A stretch of 62,408 bases of DNA, the filler included, from Globobulimina sp. (Eukaryota): NCBI GenBank assembly GCA_003354225.1. It is 30 parts of 30 records of this genome, joined end to end, with 100 filler letters (N's around TTAATTAATTAA, not from the genome) between each part and the next. Parts side by side here need not be neighbours in the genome. Positions count along the whole stretch, not along the records: positions 56,263 to 58,244 come from PIVH01010017.1; positions 58,345 to 60,326 come from PIVH01010018.1; positions 60,427 to 62,408 come from PIVH01010019.1; 27 more parts are not named here. One strand, given 5' to 3'. This document shows, piece after piece, positions 56,466-62,408 of this stretch (position 1 is the stretch's first letter; every line of letters starts with the position of its first letter). Both the position numbers and the translations under genes were made by a program. Below the pieces are notes generated by a model that worked only from the letters and a program-made list of their open reading frames with translations, searched no databases and had not been told where the DNA came from.

Positions 56466-58058
56466 TTACACAGATTCTGTGGCACTTAAAGTCTTTTGGA
56501 TACGTAATTGTAGAGATTGGGAGGGTTGAAATCTGGAAAGTGTTCCAATTAATAACCTTAATATTTCCATTCGCGCTTCATCGAAAATATAATAAATCTG
56601 CTTTAATGTCATATTATTCTTAATCATGAAATCTTTCATCTCATTCACATTATTTTTATTACCCCTCAAATATCCCAATTTACTCTCTAAAGTTTCTCTG
56701 GTTTCATAGGATATATTTATTTGAAAATAAGAATCATGCTCAATATATTTAAAAAATAAATTAATTGCACCAATAATATATTTAATATTTTCATTCGAAT
56801 CATTATCCGCTAAATCTTTAACAATGGTCGATTGTGGAACATTTTGGGCGCAAACAATATGATTAAAATCTGCCAATGTACCATTTGCTGCATGGCAATC
56901 CTTAATTTGATCCGCTGATTGTCCGGCGACAGCTAATTGGATTTGGATTTGGTTACTGACATATTGTATAAATTGCTGCGTTTCAATAAAAAATAACAAG
57001 CTCTCAATCGCAAATTCTTTGGTTAACTGTTTTGCGAACAATCTGAAATACTCTGTCCCTTTCAAAATATCTGACAATTGCAGACGATGACGAACTGTTT
57101 CTGCTTTCATAGCGCCTCCGGTCGCGTTTTCAGCCAATGCAGCCAAACCGAGTGAGACTAAAGATTTAGGAACCAAGCAATGGAAAATTGGCAATTTAAA
57201 AGTTTTTAAAAAATAAAACGAGCCAATAACCATTGTGAATAAATACAATCCATTGAATAATTTAGCTAATAACCAGCCCCATTCTCCAGCACACGATTTT
57301 AATACAAATACGAACACAAATACAAAAGCTACGAACAACGCGGAATATCTGCTCGTTTTTTCGGTATGCGCTCGTAAATAATAAATGTCATTAAACGTTG
57401 GCATTTTACAACTAATCATGTAATTATATGAGATTTAACATATATGAGATATATAGGTTACTTACCTTAACACCAACAATGAAATGAGGTTTAACAATAC
57501 GCCGAAGAGTGTAAACACTAAACTTTGCATGGACCGACCATACAAAATAACCATTAGAGTGGAACAACAAACACAAATCAACCAAATACTGAATAGAAAC
57601 ACCGCAACAAACTTTGGTTTGCCATATTTCTGACGATTTTGTATAAACCAGGACTTTTTTAATGTTTTTGTATTGATCTGGGTCTGCCACTCTTCGTCTT
57701 CTAATGCTTGAATAAATTTCACATCAAAATAAACCAACCACATACGATATGATAATATGTATAAACTTCCAACTACGAAAATGTGATTGGCTATATTGTG
57801 TACAATATAAGAATCAGAATAAAACCTTGGATATATGGATGAAAATACTATGAATGGGTCGTGTACTAATAACGAAATTGTGTTCATTACACCAAATATG
57901 AACAAAGACTTTGGCTTTCGAGTTGTTATTATTTTTAAATCCCTTCTCCATAATTTGTAAAATGTAATAACACAATTTAACGAAAATAAACCCATTGCGA
58001 ATGATATTATCATTAACACGTAAACACCGAGATCATAATGATTTTCTTTTGAATACAT
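56466..58058 (-). CDS. Multi-pass (7TM-type) RGS protein, 2 exons (58058-57466, 57411-56466), ~512 aa
   Basis: A 54-nt intron 57412-57465 (GTAAGT...GATTAG) fuses the TM ORF to the RGS ORF: LSDIL, FAKQLTKEFAIESLLF, KYI, QINIS, IFDEARMEI, SRF. Confidence 0.9.
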
Positions 58059-60458
58059 GGCAGGCGATGCGATGCGAAGTTAGAGTTGCAAAGTTTTTAT
58101 TGTTTTTTTTGGAAATTAATTAATAAGCAAGGGCGACTACAGGAGACGGATTTGCCCAGAACTGGCTGCAAGTCGTCAAATTATTTTGGTCCAATTCCTT
58201 GTTTTTGGTTATTTTTCCAAATGTGCTCATTATTTCAATACAAANNNNNNNNNNNNNNNNNNNNNNNNNNNNNNNNNNNNNNNNNNNNTTAATTAATTAA
58301 NNNNNNNNNNNNNNNNNNNNNNNNNNNNNNNNNNNNNNNNNNNNTAGCATATATATATATACTATATATTATATGGAAAGTTTTTTTATTCATTTAAATT
58401 TAGCTTCTGTCCAGTTGATTTTCTAAACTTTCTTTTTACAAATAAACATCTGCCATGGTTGAAACTCTGTGGCATTCAAGTTTTTTTTCGATTACTGCCC
58501 TGAAAAAAAAATTAAACAGTTTTTATGATTTGTGTGTGTCAGCAGATTTAGTGTCTGTGCAAGGATAATATTACATGCAGCTGCAACTCTGTGATTTCCG
58601 TGCAATGTTTGAAGTTCCGTGCAAAAAATCTGTGATTTAAACATTGTTTATACATTGAAATAGAAGGCGATTAAGAAACGATTCAAATATCTTACTCTTT
58701 ATAAATAATTTTAATAATGCTGGATTGTATGGAACTATAGATGAATTATCAACGATACGTTTACCATCATCAAATGTAAATCCACACTGTACAACCACAT
58801 TTAATTTAAAAAAAAAAAAATGACAGAATTTATCTCACATACCTCGCTTGGAGAAAGTCTCTCTTAGCAATATGATAAAATCAAATGTAATAAATATGGT
58901 AAACCAATAATTAAAACAACAAATGCTAAACTGACAACAACAAGAAATATCTCAAAACAAGTGCATCCCGCTTTTGTTTTAAGAAACGCATCCAACATGA
59001 CTCCAAAGATCCGAGATTTGTTGTTCCATTCCATTTGTCTGATACGGTATCCGTATGATGTAATGTAACAAGAAAGATTTGTGATTGATTTGTGATTTGA
59101 TTTTTAATTTTGTTTTGTGATTGATTTTGGTTCTGTGGTAAACTATTTTTATTTCATAATTTTCTATTTTTATTTCATAATTCTTTAGATATTTCATAAT
59201 TCAAGCTTTCCGAAGGTAAAATTTACGAGAGTGTTTTGCCAAGCACAGCCGCAAAATGAGGATGCAGCATTTGCATGCTCATTTGGCTATATTGGATAAG
59301 CATTTGTAGCTATTAGCAATCGATTGTATTCAAATAATGTTAAACATCAATGTCCAAACAGAATGTGTCTTTTTAGCAATAATTGACCAGTTTTGCCTTT
59401 ATTTTGTCATCCTACTGTAAAATACAAATGTATTGAGTAAAACAATTCCTAAAGGAGTACCAACAATGTATATTCTATGAATTATGTGTACATATCCGAT
59501 CATATGTTACCTGTTTTGGTATTGCCTGTATTTTAAATTAACATGAAAATGTTGATTGTAATTGTACATTCCTGTGATATACTAAACAAATTGCATAAAG
59601 ATGAAATGTGTCCATATAAATATGTTTTTTTTTACTAAAGAGTAGGTCTAGTGTCAACATTACCATTGACACAAGCTCAAACTCAGTCATGTGCAGCATG
59701 CAACCGAATCAAATTAATACTCAATCACTACTGATGAGTAATCATATGGAACTTGCACAAGTCTTATATTTGCTCAAATGCTTCTGTTAGATATCCCATT
59801 GTTCTGTTGCAATTAAAATAGGTATATATCGTGCCAATCTTGTGTACTCCCTTACATTTTGCCTTAATATGAACGTGTACTCCCCTTTTGACTAGTGTAC
59901 TGTAACCGCCCCCAGGTTAGACATCATCTGGAGCTAACCTAAGCAAGGTTTTAATCGTAAAAATGACTATACTTACAATGCTGTTTCTTGTGGTTGCATA
60001 TAACATCATGTATTCAGATATTAGATTTGAAATGGTCATTCTACTTATATTGAACAAAGACCCATAATTATATTTGAACCTGCCATTACATGTATTGGAA
60101 ATCATTGGGCATTGTTTGAAGAATTTATTTCGTGCTGTTACAAACTTTTCAAACAATCAACAATTAAACAACATAAGAAATACACAAATATTGATAATGA
60201 TGTATATGATGCTACACAGAAATTGTGTATTAGGTGTAGATTTAATTTGAATTCACAATATATTATATTCATTACATTTGTAACTATTGGTATTGTAAAT
60301 TAATTAATGAATAAATTTAAACTAATNNNNNNNNNNNNNNNNNNNNNNNNNNNNNNNNNNNNNNNNNNNNTTAATTAATTAANNNNNNNNNNNNNNNNNN
60401 NNNNNNNNNNNNNNNNNNNNNNNNNNCCTTATTTCATATGTATCAATTTAATGATTAG

Positions 60459-61990
60459 TCATTGTAGCCTCCGCAGCATTTTATGGCGTCAAACAACAAG
60501 CGATGGGTGATATTACTGCCTCTTTTATGATGTCGCTTCTGTCCACAGCACCGGTGCTTTTAGTAAAGCAGTTATTTTTAAATAGTAAGCCCACAGTGAT
60601 CGCATCCACCGCCGTGGAAGAATTCGAAGATGATGGAATTGAGGACAATGAGTCTGACAGTGGTGATGTGCAGAAATTCGCTGCTCTGACCACCACAACG
60701 CGTGGCGAGAAAATCGGGCAGTTGAAAATGAGCAAAACCATGATCAATACCTTGGATATCGTGGAAAAGCAAAAAATGAACACAACCATTCGAGCAGTCA
60801 ACACGGCGTTGCTGAAAGCGCAGAAAAACAAATCGCGCACTCATCGAATCGCATTGGTGGAGAGTGTGCGCGCCGTGATATTCAACCAAATCTATCCATT
60901 GCCGAGGTGGTGCAAAAAAGCAGCATGGCTTATATTGATAATCTGGGCCATCGCCTGTTTTATTGTGGCGGTCGGCTATGGCATCCAGTTCGATTTACGC
61001 TATGCCGAAAGGGAGAATTGGTTAGGAAAATGTTGGCAGAATTTCGAAGAAATAGTGATTGCACGCGATTTGTCGCAACAGCAAGTGCAGGAATTGCAAG
61101 ATGCATTGCACCCGTCGCAGAGTGACAACTTCCCCGGTTCGTCGACCAAGGCGTCGTCGTGGTTGATATCGTTGGTTCAGTCCATTATCACATCGCTCAT
61201 ATTGTGGCAGCCAGTGACGGTGTACATCACCACTTTGATCAAGCTATGGATGTTTACGTGGAACTTGTCCATGGGATTGGGGCCTGGCAAAATCAGTGCA
61301 CTATGCAAGAAATGTTGCGGCGGCGAGGCTGCAAACGACGACGAAGAGAATATGGCGCGGCAAATCAGCAGAGAAGTAAGCGAGGTCAGCGGCGATGCGG
61401 TTGGCAGTGTGGTGGCGCATAGAAACCGGCCGTTAGATTTGATTGGCTTCTTAGGGAACGATGCCTTGTTTTTGGATAAGATGAATGAGAAAGATATTCA
61501 GCAAATGCATGATCGCAGGCAGTCCAAACAAGTGCAGCAGGAAAATATTGAATTGGTGACAGTGGAAAAAGTAAAGGTATTCAGTGATAGTGAAGCTATT
61601 GTGGATGAAGGTGGTGTCGAAGAAGAAGAAGGTGACGGATTGAGAGAGACACAAATGACGAAAGGAGCGGATGTTGCCGAAGTGGAACTTGTTGCAGAGC
61701 CAAAAAGAGCGTCTATGGCTGTTTTAGATGATATTTATGCGGACGTATTGACCGAGGAAGAGAATGAAGAAAAAGAAGTGGCGACATTGTATCAAGCAGC
61801 AGATGATCCGAATGAAGCCGGTGCAGTAATCGCGAAGATCCAAAATCAAATTTCTTTGCGATTTGATATCGACCAAATGGCGGAAGAATATTTTGGTGGA
61901 CAGGGAGTTGATGAAATATTTGGTGATGATGCGGATAAGGATAAGGATCAAAAAGAAAAATCGAGTGATAGTTATTCAGAGGAACCATAA
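60459..61990 (+). CDS. Polycystin-1/PKDREJ-like membrane region with acidic tail, last exon of a larger gene
   Basis: Probable acceptor at 60457-60458; AAFYG, LPRWCKKAAW, YGIQF, WLISLVQSIITSLILWQPV. Confidence 0.7.
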
Positions 61991-62308
61991 AAAAGTGGTG
62001 AAATAATTGTATGGCGGTGAATTTGAAAAAAATTAGTAATTATATTTTTGTTTTTTTTATGATTTTCAAATATCGCAATCGCCATACACGATTTGTTCAA
62101 ACCACATTTTTAAATGTAATTTGTTCAATTTTTGTAATAGTAAAAAACATATTTTTTTTTGTTATATTTTGTGTTGTTTGTAAAATATTTGTGTAGATTT
62201 TTTTTGTTTGTTGTATGCTTTCTTGTGTCATAATTTTTTGGTTTGTTTTAACTTGGATTTAGGACTTCTCACAAAAACTATAACCATAACATTTGTCTCA
62301 ACTGAACC

Positions 62309-62408
62309 ATGGCAAACAAGGATGTGTATGAAATAGACCTCGGAGGTTTTACATCCTCCGAAGATGATGATATCGAATTGGAAGAAAAGAAAATCGATCG
62401 CGATCTGG
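62309..62408 (+). CDS. Start of an unidentified gene
   Basis: MANKDVYEIDLGGFTSSEDDDIELEEKK... open to the window end. Confidence 0.5.
   Translation, partial: MANKDVYEIDLGGFTSSEDDDIELEEKKIDRDL

Noticed and set aside
1..62408. Operon, gene cluster or nanochromosome interpretation of the ~2-kb units
   Set aside because: Uniform size reflects length sorting; genes are cut at contig edges and no telomeric arrays are present, so cross-spacer neighbours are unlinked.
1..62408. rRNA, tRNA, transposase or viral hallmark genes
   Set aside because: None recognised by eye; covariance-model and HMM searches would be needed to exclude them.

Overview
This is not one continuous locus. It is 30 separate contigs of 1985 to 1982 bp, in descending length order, joined by 29 identical 100-bp artificial spacers (44 N + TTAATTAATTAA + 44 N), so adjacency across a spacer means nothing. 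The DNA is AT-rich, gene-dense eukaryotic nuclear sequence in the standard code with short GT-AG introns; I reconstructed 17 by hand, mostly 54-89 nt. The gene content points to a protist with a flagellated stage. A foraminiferan/rhizarian source is my inference from family resemblance and is not demonstrated. Recognisable genes: Josephin DUB, two divergent kinases, pepsin-type protease, G-alpha, RBR ligase, DenD-like SDR, Lnt-like nitrilase, IFT81, MddA/nurim-like protein, kelch-EGF protein, jacalin, Uso1/p115, EEP phosphodiesterase, ABCB tail, SLC25 carrier, rhomboid, CudA-like factor, NDUFV2, GPCR-like 7TM, 7TM-RGS and a polycystin-1-like protein. Best leads: (1) a recurrent ADP-ribosyltransferase-like family with an H-S-ExE signature (3 members on 2 contigs), plus a WWE-membrane protein; (2) an intact G-alpha lacking the Walker A Lys and both switch-II glycines; (3) a ~54-bp non-coding element on unrelated contigs whose palindrome shows compensatory changes; (4) an acylated ubiquitin-like/2OG-Fe(II) oxygenase fusion; (5) a 42-bp minisatellite with a hairpin, flanked by inverted repeats. 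At least two contigs look chimeric. I found no rRNA, tRNA or CRISPR. All family calls come from motif recognition by eye, with no database search.
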